Source: Eledone cirrhosa
Taxonomy: Eukaryota
DNA length: 64,000 bases
Assembly (NCBI GenBank): GCA_964016885.1
Contig: OZ024740.1
Span: 408,022,001 to 408,086,000 of the forward strand
Direction: 5' to 3'
Shown piece by piece: positions 1-13,281 of the stretch. The first letter of the stretch is position 1. Each line of letters starts with the position of its first letter. A program made the position numbers and the translations under genes. The notes under the pieces are model-generated. The model was given only the letters and a program-made list of their open reading frames with translations. It did no database searches and was not told where the DNA came from.

Positions 1-267
1 TTTGAGTTTTAGGATGGTTAGAATTTTTGAAATTGATACCTGTATGTATAACTTTTCAATTCCAATTCCTTGTACAAAGCTAACTTTGATTTGTAAAACT
101 GGAGGGGGGAGGGGGTGCTGTGTATTCTAATTATGTATGTGGGACCCCCCAAGGTCTAGTCCAAAATTTCACTGTCAATGACTTTTTACCTTGTAGCATG
201 ATATATGTTTACAAGCAGCACAAAATATGATTAGTTAGCTTTATAGTGAGGAATTCAACAGCTAAGA

Positions 268-529
268 TTAACCATTATGATACCAACCTGCTTTAAACTG
301 CTGCTGATTCTATCAAGAAAATCACTTGTTTTAAATTGTTTAAATCTAAGTCTTTCATTATATATTTTTGCATGAATCATATCTTAAGTTATGATCCAAA
401 TGCTAACTTAATAATCAAGTTATTTTACTAAATCCCTCAATTTAAAATTTATTATTTTAAGAATTAATTGAAAATAATATGTAATATATTTCATATATTA
501 TATTAGAAATATGATAGCAAAAGGGTTAA
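268..529 (+). mobile_element. piggyBac-type TTAA MITE, family 2 (degenerate)
   Basis: Starts TTAACC...GATACCAACC and ends AAAAGGGTTAA; similar to copies at 2240, 13444, 35258 and 59003. Confidence 0.65.
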
Positions 530-864
530 TATAGTGCGTTTTCATTATAATGAGGTTTGGCAGAAAACCATCCTCATAAAACATTAAAGTGCTGCAGATA
601 ACAATAAGATGAGTGTTTGGTGGATGAATAATGAAGCAGGCTTACACAACTAATATCCATATTTACATTGTTTTTGTGGAGGTGGAGGAAGTAACTTTAT
701 ATGTCAATATGTCAATATGTACATTATTATACAATATTATCTGTCATTTGATACCAAGTTGGCCTTTTGGTTCACTATTCTAACTTATACTGATGATATT
801 TCATTAGACTGTATCAGAATATTTATAGTAATATCTGTTTATGACTGTAGAGAACAATGTAATA

Positions 865-903
<39 letters not shown>

Positions 904-905
<2 letters not shown>

Positions 906-1074
906 CAAAGGAATTGTGGTAAGGAACCAATACTGTGGTAAGGGTACTCAATACTTAGGGTGGGAAATAGGAAAAAGTATGACCCCGACGGCAGAGCTCA
1001 AGCCATTTCGACGGCTATTTCCAGAAATAGCCGTCGAAACGGCTTGAGCTCTGCCGTTGGGGTCATACTTTTTC
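904..1074. mobile_element. Short PLE-like terminal fragment with a 51-bp-arm fold-back, between (TA)n tracts
   Basis: Arms 971-1021 and 1024-1074 with 2 mismatches; related sequence at 23933-24060; GAAATAGCCGTC at the apex resembles a hammerhead stem III plus GUC site. Confidence 0.55.
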
Positions 1075-1105
<31 letters not shown>

Positions 1106-1185
1106 AATCACTACCTCCCTACGGACAACTGACGCTGCACACCAGGTCTGAAAACGGAAGAGCCAAATTCTCACTATTATTACTT

Positions 1186-1373
1186 GGTGAATTGGCAGTA
1201 TCGGTAGAGGGTCGGACGCCATGCTTTCCAGCATAGTTACGTCCCTTTACGGTCTGAGTTCAAATCCCGCCGAGGTTGACTTTGCCTTTCATCCTTACGG
1301 GGTCGATAAAATAAAGTACCAGTAATGCACTGGGTAATTGCTGGCCTTGTGCCTAATGTAGAAACAATTATTA
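1186..1373 (+). mobile_element. tRNA-derived SINE, family A
   Basis: Box B-like GAGTTCAAATCC, central TTTGCCTTTCATCC...GGGGTCGATAAAATAAAGTACCAG, tail GTAGAAACAATTATT; target duplication ATTATTACTT. Confidence 0.85.
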
Positions 1374-1406
1374 CTTCATCTCTCTTGCCCTTTCCATCTC
1401 TCTATA

Positions 1407-1628
1407 TTATGAGCAAATAGAAGTGTTTACATCTTTGGCAAGGAGAATCTGTGACTCACTTTTGATTCTCAATAGGAAGCATTTCACTTCATTTGGAAAA
1501 TTGTGGAGTTTCCATACTTGATAAACACATGAATGTTTCAACTTTTCCTGCTTAAAGTTAGAGCCAGCTCTAGGGTTGCTGGGGCCTAAGGCAAGCTGAG
1601 TTTCAGTACCTTTCACTAGGAAGAAAAC
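1407..1628 (-). CDS. Candidate terminal exon, product unknown
   Basis: Acceptor-like TTATCCCTGCATTTGCAG precedes an open frame VFFLVKGTETQ...ICS*; no recognised homology. Confidence 0.15.
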   Translation of the reverse strand, partial: VFFLVKGTETQLALGPSNPRAGSNFKQEKLKHSCVYQVWKLHNFPNEVKCFLLRIKSESQILLAKDVNTSICS

Positions 1629-1730
1629 CTGCAAATGCAGGGATAAAGTGTTTATTAATATGTTGTTAACCAAAAAGAACAGTTCAAACACAGCATCAAT
1701 ATTAAAATACTTTCATTAATATATATAGTG

Positions 1731-1925
1731 AGGGCAGTAGATTGGCAGTGTCAGACATGCTTGTGGCATATAGTTACGGCCCTTTACATTTCAAATCTTG
1801 CTGTGGTCAGCTTTGCTTTCATCCTCACAGGGTCAATAAAATGAAATACCAGTAATGCACTGGGGTCAATTTAATCTACTTTACCCTCCCCCAAAATTGT
1901 TGGCCTTGTGTCTAAATCAGAAATG
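1731..1925 (+). mobile_element. SINE family A, older variant
   Basis: Diverged copy of the same head, core and tail. Confidence 0.7.
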
Positions 1926-2239
1926 ATAAATATATATAGTGGAGAGAGAGAGAGAGAGAGTGTGTGTGTGTGTGTGAGAGAGAGAGTGTGTGTGTGTGTG
2001 TGAGTGCACGCATGTGTGTATGAGTGTGTCTGTGTGAGTATGTGTGAGTATGTGTGTGTTAGTGACCATAGCTACAGTGCTGGCAATCATCTCGAGACTG
2101 TTGTAAACAAACAGTGTGTGGCAGCTGGATGGGTGAGAGAAAGTTTGAAGGATGTCATTGATATCCTGTTGATGTCAGGAATTTTCTTATAGATTAAAGA
2201 ATATAAGCAAAAGAACAGATGCTTAGAATATATGTTATC

Positions 2240-2458
2240 TTAACCCTTTTGATACCAACCCAGCCAAAATCTGCTCTGGTTTCATGAACCAAAACATCCA
2301 TTTTGAAGAGTTCCAATTTAAATAAAAATCTTCCAACATAATTTTATATAAAAACCACATGTTAAGTTGCTATCTTACTGAAATAATAATCTTAATAATT
2401 TCATTAAATTCTTCATTAATTAATTGAAACAGAGTGTATTGCATTAGAAATGGGTTAA
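2240..2458 (+). mobile_element. piggyBac-type TTAA MITE, family 2
   Basis: TTAACCCTTTTGATACC...GGGTTAA. Confidence 0.7.
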
Positions 2459-2518
2459 CTAATACATTTTCTTCTTAACTTTAGGATTGCAAATGTTTTC
2501 ATAGTACTTTGTACATTT

Positions 2519-3230
2519 TTATATTTTTACAATGTCATTTTCTATTGATGAAATTGGCAAACATAAATATGTCTTTATAAGTTTTAGTATACTAAATCTT
2601 CTCTCTCTCTTGTGGCCACAGTTATAAGTATTGTAAGCATTATTTTTAATGCAACTCCCAGATCTGGCATGAATGCCATCCTCTAACTTATTACCGTTGA
2701 TGAATCTATTGACATTTATTGGAAGCTTTATATCTTCTGAAAATAATTCTTTTACACTTTCTAATTCAGTCAAGAGATCACAACTGTTAATAACACTATT
2801 TTTCTGGTACCTTAACTTATCCACCGAACCTTGACATGTAAATCTCAGTTTACTTTTATCTGACAAATCTTTCATGTTATTTAAAAGTCCTTATATGTTA
2901 TTGAAACTTTGTAACTGTCCAAATCTCTCTGATAAAGAGTAATATTACATTGAACATATGACTTTTTAATCTTCTTTCTGGATTTAATTGTAGTTGAAGC
3001 TTCATCAACACACAACCAAGTGGAATTTTTTTCAGCATTTTTTTTACTTCAAAAAATAGGTTTTGAATCAAATTTTGTTGCTAATTATTTTGCTGATGCT
3101 CGTGATCTTTCATATCCATTTACATAATAATCAATGAAAGTAACATTGTACATTAATGAAATTATGATAGACATTTCTACTGAGGTCCTCTTATAATTTT
3201 GCTGACGACATTTGCTTTTCATTCCAACAC
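2519..3230 (-). pseudogene. Degenerate hAT transposase C-terminal region (dimerisation domain)
   Basis: Frameshifted IMLTILITVAT.ERRFSILKLIKTYL matches the hAT ERSFSKLKLIKTYL motif; upstream ERFGQLQ and NGYERSRASAK fragments contain stops. Confidence 0.75.
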
Positions 3231-4624
3231 TCATCTGCACAACATTTTAACCCTTTCCTTTCAATATTTCTATTGAAATAAACTGCCTATTTCAACATCA
3301 ATTGATGAGAGAGATTTGGTAATATAGCTAACTATTTCATTATCAAGCTGGTGTTTGGAACATAGCTCAACAAAGGTTTTTACCTTAAAATATAAAGAAA
3401 AGCTTTTCAATAGATCTAACCATTATAAAACAAGCAGTTTTGTATTGTAGAACCAGAACCAGTTTCAGGCAGTTTAGTTTAAAAAGTTGACTCCACAAAA
3501 GGAACTTTCACATTTTCTGTTTATTTCATTTTACTATTTTCACAATTTTCCCTTTGCATTTAGAAAAACACAAACACATAAGGTGGTTCCCACTAGCATG
3601 TAATACCCATGGCAACTGCTTGAATTGTGAGTAACCAGGCCTAAGGTTTCATACCTAAACTTAAATGTAGAGAAACAAAACAAACTTTCAAAGGATTATA
3701 TTTCTTCATTCATCATCATCGTGTTTATGTTTGCTTTTCACACTGGCTTGGATTGAATGGGTTGTCATAATCCAAGGCCAGACAATCTTGCTCATTACAG
3801 TCCATATTTGGCATGGTTTCTACCGCTGGATGCCCTTCCTAACGTTGACTGCCTTACAGTATGTGCTGGGTATGTTTTTCATTATACCATCACTACTACT
3901 TTACAGGGTGTACTGTGTCTTTTATCATGGCATCAGCACTAAAGATACTGTCAAATACTAGACAAGACTGAAGAGTCCTTTCAAGCCCTACATTTTCTCT
4001 ATTTGATTGCCAAACTCCTTTGCCTCCTCCTACTTATTCCTGAGAGGAGTGTGGAGGCAGAGCCCTCAAACACTCCTTCTAGCAGTTCCTGTCAGAAGCA
4101 ACTGTCTCCAATTGTTCTAGCTGTATCTCCAAGCAAGATCAGCTGAAAATATGGATGTTATCCAACCCCTCTTGCTCGAGGTCTACTCCCACAACAGGTC
4201 ACATGCCCATCACCAGTTTTTTACAGCATGACATAGAGACTGCTATATATTTTTCAAACAAGCCCCTCTATCTAAGGCCTGAACATGTTTCTTCTAAACC
4301 TGTGTGAAGGATGATGCAATATGATTATTTTTGTTACCTCTCCCCATATTGCAGTTTTGGGGGTCTTATTCATGCCAGTCACTAGCCTGGTACTTTCCTC
4401 AAACCCGCAAATTTTCATGTTAGCCAACCAAAACTAAAATTTATTAGAGCAGTAGAAAGAATTCTTTGCAATATTTAGTTATGTCACTTTATATACTGAG
4501 TTTAAATACCACTTGGGTTAGTTTTGTCTCTCATCCTTTAGAAGACAGGAGGGCAGTAAAATAAATACCAGTTTCTTTAATCTTTTTAATGCCAATCAGC
4601 TTGAGACTACTTCAAATTCAATTA

Positions 4625-4795
4625 CCGTATTTCCCAGTGCCGAAGACACTTCCTCCTCGAGGATGCAGCCTAAATTTTGACAACCAAAAATAAAAAAAAA
4701 AAAATAATAAACAACCTTCGGCCTCCAGGATGCATGGTAGATTTTTGAGACTTAATTTAGGAAAAAAGCAGCGTCTTTGATGCCGGAAAATACAG
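4625..4795. mobile_element. Tc1/pogo-type MITE
   Basis: TA|CCGTATTTCCCAGTGCCGAAGAC ... GTCTTTGATGCCGGAAAATACAG|TA imperfect TIRs with TA flanks. Confidence 0.65.
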
Positions 4796-5719
4796 TATAT
4801 AAACCTTTCACTTTAAATTGTTTATAGCTAAATCAAAACATTTTTTACCTATTTCAGCTGGTGGGCTGTGGTATGATTTTATGTAAATTCTTTTCCCATT
4901 AAGTTATGTTCCAAACAATACCTCAATAATCAAGAAGTTATTTTATTAAATCTTTTCAAATTATGATCATTTTCAAAATTAATTTAAAAGAAATAGTGAT
5001 ATCTATTTTATTAGAAATATGATCAGGAAAAGGTTGATCCACTGTTTCCTCCCACAAAATATGTAGCCATGTACTTATGTTAGAAATCATTATGTCAGAT
5101 AATAACTACAGTATCATTGGTGTAGAAGTTTCTGATATCTGCAACACACACACATATACTGTGTATACAGAGAGAATATCTATTGACATTAAAGAAATTG
5201 TCATTTTCAGAAAATATTTGCAGAACACCAATTAGTAGATTATTTCTAATGATATTATATAGTTATACTATTTTATTTTCATGTCCATTGAGGCAATGAC
5301 ACTCATTGTATTAAATGCAGTAAAGTATTACTTGGGATTCTATATGTAATACTTAATAAATACTTAATCTTGTGTCTGAATATTTTTAATCTTTGTTATA
5401 ATTTGTCAATACTGCAAGTATTATATTCAATGAAATAAAAATGGCATAAGAGAAAATGAAATTGTCCATTGCTGGTTTCCACTGTCATGGCAACAAACGT
5501 ATTTTATGACCCAGAGCAGAATCTAAGTAATAGGTCATTTGCGGAAATCTTCGTTAATAATTCTGAAACTGAATTTCATTAAGTTAACCACTACAAGTGG
5601 TGCAGAGTGCTACAGTTCCATCTATTAAGTAACAAATAAACATTAATCTATCCACAGGAAGGCTTATGAGGATAATCATAATTGTAATGACCCTCATCCG
5701 CATCCTTGTCATTGTCAGC

Positions 5720-5860
5720 TTCATCATTATCATCATCATCATCTCTATCATCATCATCACCACCACCACCACCACCACCACCACCATCATCATCACTATC
5801 ATCACTATCATCACTATCATCACTACCACCACCACCACCACCACCACCATCATCATCATC

Positions 5861-5894
<34 letters not shown>

Positions 5895-5954
5895 TTTTCC
5901 CCATCACCATCATTATCACCATTACCATCACCATCATTATATCATTATCATCAC

Positions 5955-5987
<33 letters not shown>

Positions 5988-6075
5988 TTTCCCCATCACC
6001 ATCAATTTCATCATTATCGTCACCATCATTACCATCATTATCATCACCATCATTATCTTAGTCATCATGGTCATT

Positions 6076-6116
<41 letters not shown>

Positions 6117-6120
6117 TATT
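5720..6120. repeat. Compound (CAT)n/(CAC)n trinucleotide repeat
   Basis: Direct reading of the sequence. Confidence 0.95.
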
Positions 6121-6548
6121 GTTATTTTAAAGTCTACCTTTCTGCAGAAGCAGGATATTTTCAGGTTACAACATATTTAACTGAATCCTGAAGATTGAAA
6201 GACTAAATTCATCTCAATGTAATTTGAATTGAGAACATAAAGAGATATAACAAGGAATTTCAATTAGTTCTCTCATAATTGTACTAATCAATCCACAGTA
6301 TTCAAAGGATACAAATTGATACTCAGAAATTGCACGCATTGACAATCTAAAGATAATATTCTGATCCACTTGAAAATTCTTCCTCTTTATCCAATAGTGT
6401 TATGTCACTCAAAGAATTACCACAGCTGATTGACAAAGTAGTTTGTTTTCATAACCATGAAGTAGAGGTCACTTCACTTACCATTTCAACTATTTTTGCC
6501 TCAGTGGCATGGATGAGTATTTTTGTTGATTTTTTTAATGTCACTAGC

Positions 6549-6800
6549 TCTGTGTGTGTGACAGCTCACACCTATGCAGGTTTAGCTGGCCTCCTCCAAG
6601 GTATATCTCATTGGAGGTGTCTTGGGTAATTTAATGATAGGGACCCCAGTCCTATCATCTCATTTCTACAGCTGAGTAAACTGGAGCAATGTGAATAAAG
6701 TGTCTTGCTCAAGGAAACAACACATCACCCAGTCCGAGAATTGAACTCACAACCTTTCGATTGCAAGCCCGATGCTCTAACCACTAAGCCATGCGCCTTC
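6549..6800 (-). mobile_element. CORE-type tRNA SINE, family B
   Basis: Reverse complement of 24967-25216; CCTTGAGCAAGACACTTTATT...CAGTTTACTCAGCTG core; flanking TCACTAGCTCT duplication. Confidence 0.8.
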
Positions 6801-6913
6801 ACTAGCTCTTTTTATCACCACCAGGTGAAATATTTATGCATCTAGCAGTGACATATAAAGTGCCACTTGCTTTCCTCAGCCCTTATTACCTGTGATCAGG
6901 GTTGGATTAACCA

Positions 6914-7339
6914 TTAACCCTTTAGCATTTAAACCGGCTGTATCCAGCCAGAATTCTCTCACCTCTTTCTGTTCAAACTGGCTGTAACCAGCTGCTTATA
7001 CAGATGTTAAGGTATTTTTCACAAAATTATTTGAGATTATGAAATTATGTGAGATTAGTCTGTAAGATAAAGCCTTTACCACAAAGATACAATAGTATAT
7101 CTAGAGTAATGTAAATGCTAAAGGGTTAAACCGGCCATATCCAACCTGAATTCTTTTACCTCTTTTTGTTCAAACCAGCCATAACTGAGTGCTCATACTT
7201 ATGTGAAGGTATTGTTCTCAACATAAATAAAATCAAAATCTTGTAGAGTTTATATTATGTGAGATGATTATGTGAGGTAAAATGTTTACTGTGAAAATAT
7301 AATAGTAAATATAGAGTAATGTAAATACTAAAGGGTTAA
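6914..7339 (+). mobile_element. Two adjoining or nested piggyBac-type MITEs, family 1
   Basis: TTAA CCCTTTAGCATTTA...TAAATGCTAAAGGG TTAA (6914-7129), then a second body 7126-7339 that lacks its first ~11 nt. Confidence 0.8.
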
Positions 7340-7364
7340 GCAAAATAATCACATGCTTAGAGCA

Positions 7365-7700
7365 TAAAAGGTTTGCAGTTGGGCCAATGGCAGTGGAGAC
7401 TTCTGGTGTCCTTGACCCTAGGGCCACCTCACTGCTCACCACCATCGGTACAGAGTTGGCTACCTGCAGGTGTGAGCCTTGTGAGCTGGAATGGATTTTC
7501 CAGCACATCTCCCTCACCATCATCTGGGGAAATGCCTTCTGTCTGCTGGGGCCACAGGGTAGCCAGTACATGGGCTCTCATTTGCTCATAATAGTGAGAG
7601 ATGGGGAGAGCAGGAGAGATGGAGGCAGTGACAGTGGGAGTTGGGTTCTTTTGTGTTTGGACTTTGTGTATGTGTATATGTTTCACTGACACATACTCAT
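7365..7700 (+). mobile_element. CRE-like non-LTR retrotransposon 3' fragment (restriction-like endonuclease C-terminus)
   Basis: PMAVETSGVLDP...WIFQHISLTIIWGNA motif; second copy at 48250-48530. Confidence 0.7.
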
Positions 7701-8019
7701 GTGTTTTTCCAATAATTTATTATGTTTAAAAAAAAAAGAATTTGATTTCAAGGGAAGAAGTACAACCAGAGGTGATTGTTACATCACACACCCCTTGCTA
7801 CACTTCTACACATTACAACACTCAACAGGTGGACCTAAACCTCCAAAATATGGCTATCAGCAAAAGTATTGATGATAGTTGCACATTAAAACAATGAGCA
7901 GCCCAAGATGTATAGGAAACAGATCCCTTCCATCCAGGCATTTGCCCTTGTCGTCCAGTATTGTTAAAATACATGTAATATCTAAACAATATATCTTTAG
8001 TGTAGCTTCTGTTGCCGAA

Positions 8020-8260
8020 TGGAATAAAATCCTAAAATACTGGGAATTACCAAATAACTATTTTTTCTAGCCTGTGGTGCTTGAGAGATTTGGTGGAGCT
8101 GGGCTGGTGACAATGAAGTTCTTGTCATCCTTAGCGGCTCACCTTATTGAAGTGTCAGGTGATGCCCATGAAGGTGCCTGGTTGTTTCAGTGTCTTAGTC
8201 TCACCATCACCTGCAGTAATGCTGCGAGCATGTTGGCTTGCCCCAAAAATTTCTGTCGAC
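8020..8260 (+). mobile_element. CRE-like RLE fragment, second family
   Basis: KILKYWELPNNYFF*PVVLERFGG...GAWLFQCLSLTITCSNAASML; homologous to 30410-30706. Confidence 0.7.
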
Positions 8261-8539
8261 TTTGTGATGAATTGATGCTTTTTTTTTTCTCACTTTGATC
8301 ATATATATTTGTGATTGTATTTATAAGGTTCCTAGTAATAATTAATTGTATTTATTATATGTCTTTATATTTTCGTTTTGTAAGAATTATATTATTATAT
8401 TCATCGAAAAGTAATAATGATGATATTTTTTGGTCATAATTTAATAAAAATTAAAAAAAGGATAATAGTTTTATTTAGTTTTCCTTGTTTACATTAAATA
8501 ACTCAGTTTCTTACAAACAATGGAAAAATTGAATTTTCT

Positions 8540-8728
8540 ATAATTGTTTCTACTTTTGGCACAAGGCCAGCAATTATCCCAGTGTATTACTGGTACTTTA
8601 TTTTATCGACCCCATAAGGATGAAAGACAAAGTTAACCTCGGTGGGATTTGAACTCTGAACATAAAGGGCCGTAACTCTATGCTGCAAGGCATGGCGTCA
8701 GACCCTCTACCGAATACTGCCATCCACT
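8540..8728 (-). mobile_element. SINE family A
   Basis: Reverse-complement copy; TTTTCTATAAT target duplication. Confidence 0.85.
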
Positions 8729-9032
8729 CTTTTCTATAATAGTTTGTAATGTAGGCACAAGGCCAGCAATTTGAGTGGGTGGCTAGGGGGTCAATTGAAT
8801 TAACCCCAGAACTTGACTGTCACTTTATTTTATACAACCTGGAAGGGTGAAAGATAAATTATAAAAAGATTAGGAGGCATCTAACTTTCTCATTAAGTTG
8901 GAAAATAACTTTAAAAAGGTTCTTACAAATAATTATGATAGAAAGATTTTATATAAATATATACACTTTAAAATAAACAGTTTTATGTCATAGAACTAAA
9001 AGCAGCTTCAGGTGGTGTTTGTATCAAAAGGG

Positions 9033-9251
9033 TTAACCCTTTAGCATTTAAACCGGCCATATCTGGTCAGAATTCTCCCACCTCTTTCTGTTCAAATCAG
9101 CTCTAACTGGCTACTTATACTGATGTTAAAGTATTGTTCTCAAAATAAATAATATCAATCATAGATTCGATATTATGTAAGATAATTATGAGGTAAAACC
9201 TTTACCGTGAAAATATAATAGAAAATATACAATAATGTAAATGTTAATGGG
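9033..9251 (+). mobile_element. piggyBac-type MITE family 1, abutting a family-2 MITE end at a shared TTAA
   Basis: GTATCAAAAGGG TTAA CCCTTTAGCATT junction. Confidence 0.75.
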
Positions 9252-9583
9252 AAATGATATTTTTTTTCCACTTTTGCAGTTCTTTTTTCATGTTTACCTA
9301 CAAACAAAGCAACACCACTTTCTCTTGGTTCTTCATGTTCAAAGAAATGGCAAACACCCAAAATGTTAGATTCTTTACTTCTTACAGCTATCGATCTTAT
9401 CTAACAGTTCACAAACCATTGTATGGAATAAGTGCTGCCAATGCAGACCATCACTTGTTTCCTCAGATTCTCGATTTTACATTAAGTTTGGAATAGTGTA
9501 TTTGTAGGAGCAATTAATTCTACAGATGGATGACCTGTCTTTCTACTGCTGACCACTCAGCTATGAAGTAGAGAGTAGTACCT

Positions 9584-10260
9584 GAATGAATGAATGAATG
9601 AATGAATGAATGAATGAATGAATGAAATTATTGTGTACAGTGCTCAGGTGCACTACAACTCATCAAAGGTGCATGTATAGTACATAGAATAATTGTTTCT
9701 ACTTTTGGCACAAGGCCAGCAATTACCCAGTGCATTACTGGTTCTTTATTTTATCAGCTCCGTAAGGATGAAAGGCAAAGTTAACCTCGGTGGGATTTGA
9801 ACTCAGACAATAAAGGGCCGTAACTCTTTGCTGCAAAGCATGGCATCCAATCCTCTACCGATACTGCCAATCCACTGCCCTCATACAGTACATAGAATAA
9901 TATACAAATGTCAGGGAAGTGAACAGTGTATGAGTTATGATATACATGTGTGCGTGTGTATGGTGGGGGAATATTAGGTGTAGTGTTGGTGAATCTCAGG
10001 AAGCATGGAGGTTTTAAAGGATGCAGTATCTCGACAGCTAACAACTGATGCAGGTAGTTTGTTCCATGCTTCAGCAACTCTGAGCATGAAAAAATGTTTC
10101 CGAAAGTCATGGGAGCTGTGCTGTTTTCTGACTTTGTGGGCATGCCCCCGTGTGTTTGACACATGGAAATCAAAAAGGTACTCAGGGTTGTTGTTGGCAA
10201 GATGGTTAATAATTTTGTGGGTGTTTACCAAGTCAGTTGCCAGACGTCGGAGCTTCAATG
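9584..10260 (-). mobile_element. CR1-clade LINE 3' end (ORF2 C-terminus, 3' UTR, (TTCA)n tail), interrupted by a SINE
   Basis: LRRLATDL...TRGHAHKVRK...RKHFFMLRVAEAWNKLP is typical of a CR1 ORF2 end; SINE A at 9688-9880 with AGTACATAGAATAAT duplication. Confidence 0.85.
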
Positions 10261-10773
10261 TTTTTGTTCATTCAGGAAAACTATAGCAAGTAGAGTTCGG
10301 TGCCAACAAGATATGACAATGAAAGTAGTATGATGAACTTGTGGCCATGTGATCAGTAGTCCAGACTCTTAACTTCACAGTAAAAAATTGTTGTTAAAGT
10401 CACAGAAGCCATTTAAAACAGTGTTACATTCATGTTTTGTTTTTCTTTGTAGTTTAGTATGTTACAAACAACAACACAACAATCATTTTAACTCTTTCAA
10501 TATTATATTTCCAATGAAAGATACTGTCAATGATTCTCAAATAATTTCGAAAATAATCAGGAATTCAAAGGGATCTTAGTACTATAACAACCTTTATCAT
10601 TATTAAGCTGGTGTTTGGAATATAACTTAACAAATGTTCTTATATAGAATTATGATGGAAGGTTCTTAGATAAATATAAACATTAAAAAAAAAACAGTTT
10701 TGTATCATAGAACCATGGGTGGTTTCAGGCAGTTTAGTATCAAAAGAGTTAAGTCCATTTTCCCTAACTATAG

Positions 10774-11960
10774 AAAGGGTCTTAAAGTCAACCTGACAAA
10801 GACTAAGGTCCTTGTAAGTAGACTAGAAAACAGAACCCAGATCCCCTCAGGGAAATGGCCTTGCTCAGTATGTAGGAAAGGTGTAGGTAGGAACTCCATT
10901 CTCTGCCCCAAATGCAAACAATGGGTACACAAGAGATGTAGCGGGATCTCAGGAAGCTTAATTAAGAATGTAGGCTTCACATGTAGCAGCTGTGCTGGGA
11001 CAGCAAGCAGAAAACAGCCACAGGAAACAAGTACCACCAATCTCTGGGAGGGCTCTGTAGAAACAGTAGACAGCTTCTGCTACCTAGGTGACCGAATTAG
11101 CAGCGGAGGTGGGTGTTCAGAAAGTACAATAACTAGGGTAAGAACGGGTAGGAAAGATGTTCAGGGAACCACTGCTAACTGCAAAAGGCTTTTCCCTCAA
11201 AATGAAAGGCAAACTGTATGATGCGTGTATCCGAACAGCAATGTTACATGGTAGTGAGACCTGGGCGCTGAAGGTGGAAGACTTACGTAGATTAGAAAGA
11301 AACGAAGCCTGCATGCTCCAATGGATGTGTAATAGTAATATACGCAAATGGCAAAGCATAAATGAATTGAGAGAGAGACTGAGCATAAGAGGAATCAAAT
11401 GCGGTGTGCAGGAGAGGCAGTTGTGTTGGTATGGACATGTGATGCGTATGAAGGATGACAGCTGCATAAAAAGGTGCAGAGCACTAGAAGTCAATGGAAA
11501 CCGCGGAGTGAGGAGACCCAAGAAGACCCGGGATGAGGTGATAAAAGCCGACCTTACCCAATTACACCTCTCAAAGACGATGACACACGACTGTGACCTC
11601 TGGCGTCACGCAGTAATACAGAGTACCCGACCTCCCATGGGTACAAGCTGAAGCATATAGACAAATATGCCCCCACACCCTCTTACTGCAAAGTGGTCGT
11701 GGAGCTGCCACGGCAAAAAAGCACCCAGCCCACACTGTAAAGTGGACGTGTAGGCACCATGGAAAAAAAGCACCCAGCACTCACTGTAAATGAGGTTGGT
11801 GTTAGGAAGGGCATCCAGCTGTAGAAATCAAGCCAAAATCAGTTCCTGTATGAGCAAGGCATGGTCAACCGACCAGACACTGCCCACAACAGGACAACTC
11901 GTCTAACCCATGCTAGCATGGAAGAATGGACGTAAAACGGTGATGATGATGATGATGATG
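10774..11960 (+). mobile_element. 5'-truncated RTE LINE (RT C-terminus, 3' UTR, (GAT)n tail)
   Basis: KGLKVNLTKTK...FCYLGD...MLHGSETW...WYGHVMRM...RPKKT; one frameshift. Confidence 0.9.
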
Positions 11961-13131
11961 ATAGTTAAAGAAAAGCTAGGAGGTGAGTGTGAAAATATAA
12001 TTTGTGAACACCCTAATATAAGCTGCTTATCAATCAGTTGAAGAATAAAGATAATACAGTTAGTTCTATGTCTGGACTGTATCTCAGTGGCTTAGTGTCT
12101 AATTATTTTCAGACACTTTCTTTTCTTTTTTTAATGAATCAGAATAGAATAAACGTTGGTTGAATGAAAGAATTCTTAAAGCTAATCTGTTATGTTTCAC
12201 CATCTGCTGAAACCTTTCAGAAAATAAAGTGATTATCAGAAAATGGAATATAAAATTGATAATGATGTAATTGTCATTACATCATTATACTGCAGATATC
12301 TTTACAGTTAATTACTGACTGATAATCAAGATATACACAGAATACTGTGCTAGGATTAACACAACTTGAAATTAATGCATAAGAAAGTCAAAAGCTGCAC
12401 TCTGATCATGTCTATTGTGTATGCTTTTGTAGTGGTTTTCACAGAAGCCTGAACTTCTGGAGCTAACAAGATAACCTCTGCATGATGACACTTCTTGCAA
12501 ATCACACCTTACTCTCTTAACACATTCATTACCAGATTTTGAATGATTTTCAAATAATTTCCCTTCCCATTCTTCTGTCACACTAGAGTCCTTGCCAGTC
12601 CCCACCTTTTCCGGTTTTTTTTTCTTTATATTTTCCTATTTTACACTCCATTCTTTCTTCTCGATCTAAATTTTCTTTTTTTCGTTTTCTATTTAACTGT
12701 ATTTACATGATATATTCCATTGAAAAAAATTGAAAATAATCAGGAATTTGGAAAGGTTTGGTATAATATAAGAACATAAATATTCCGGCATAAAATTATT
12801 ATGGAAATTATTTAGATATTTCAAACACAGTTTTATATCATAGAACCACAAGGCAGTTTCAGGTGGTTTGGTATCAAAGGAAGGACACATTAGATAATGT
12901 AGCCCTACATGCCGCCAAAATTATTAACACTGTTGTTTTACCCAACCTGGCATCAACACCTGTTAATTCACCTCTTTGCTTTTCTTTAATTATAGCTAGG
13001 AAAAATGGCCTTAACTATTGTGATACTTAAACTGCCTGAAATCACCCATGGTTCTATGATTGAAAACTGTTTTGGTCTTTTATCTAAAAACCTTTCATCA
13101 AATAAGAACCTTTATTAACACCAGTTTAATA

Positions 13132-13281
13132 ATAATTGTTTCTACTTTTGGCGCAAGGTCAGCAATTACCCAGTGCATTACTGGTACTTTATTTTATCAA
13201 CCCTGTAAGGATGTAAGGCAAAGTTAACCTCGGCGGGATTTGAACTAAGCATGGCGTCCGACCCTCTACCAATACTGCCAA
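13132..13281 (-). mobile_element. SINE family A, internally deleted
   Basis: Core and tail match; inserted in a family-2 MITE. Confidence 0.8.

Noticed and set aside
786-830. CTGATGA near a TA tract
   Set aside because: No downstream GAAA or stem III
1186-1270. tRNA gene
   Set aside because: The box A/B-like heads belong to SINEs; there is no full cloverleaf
5584-6191. Long His/Pro/Ser/Met-rich ORFs
   Set aside because: They are translations of (CAT)n/(CAC)n microsatellites
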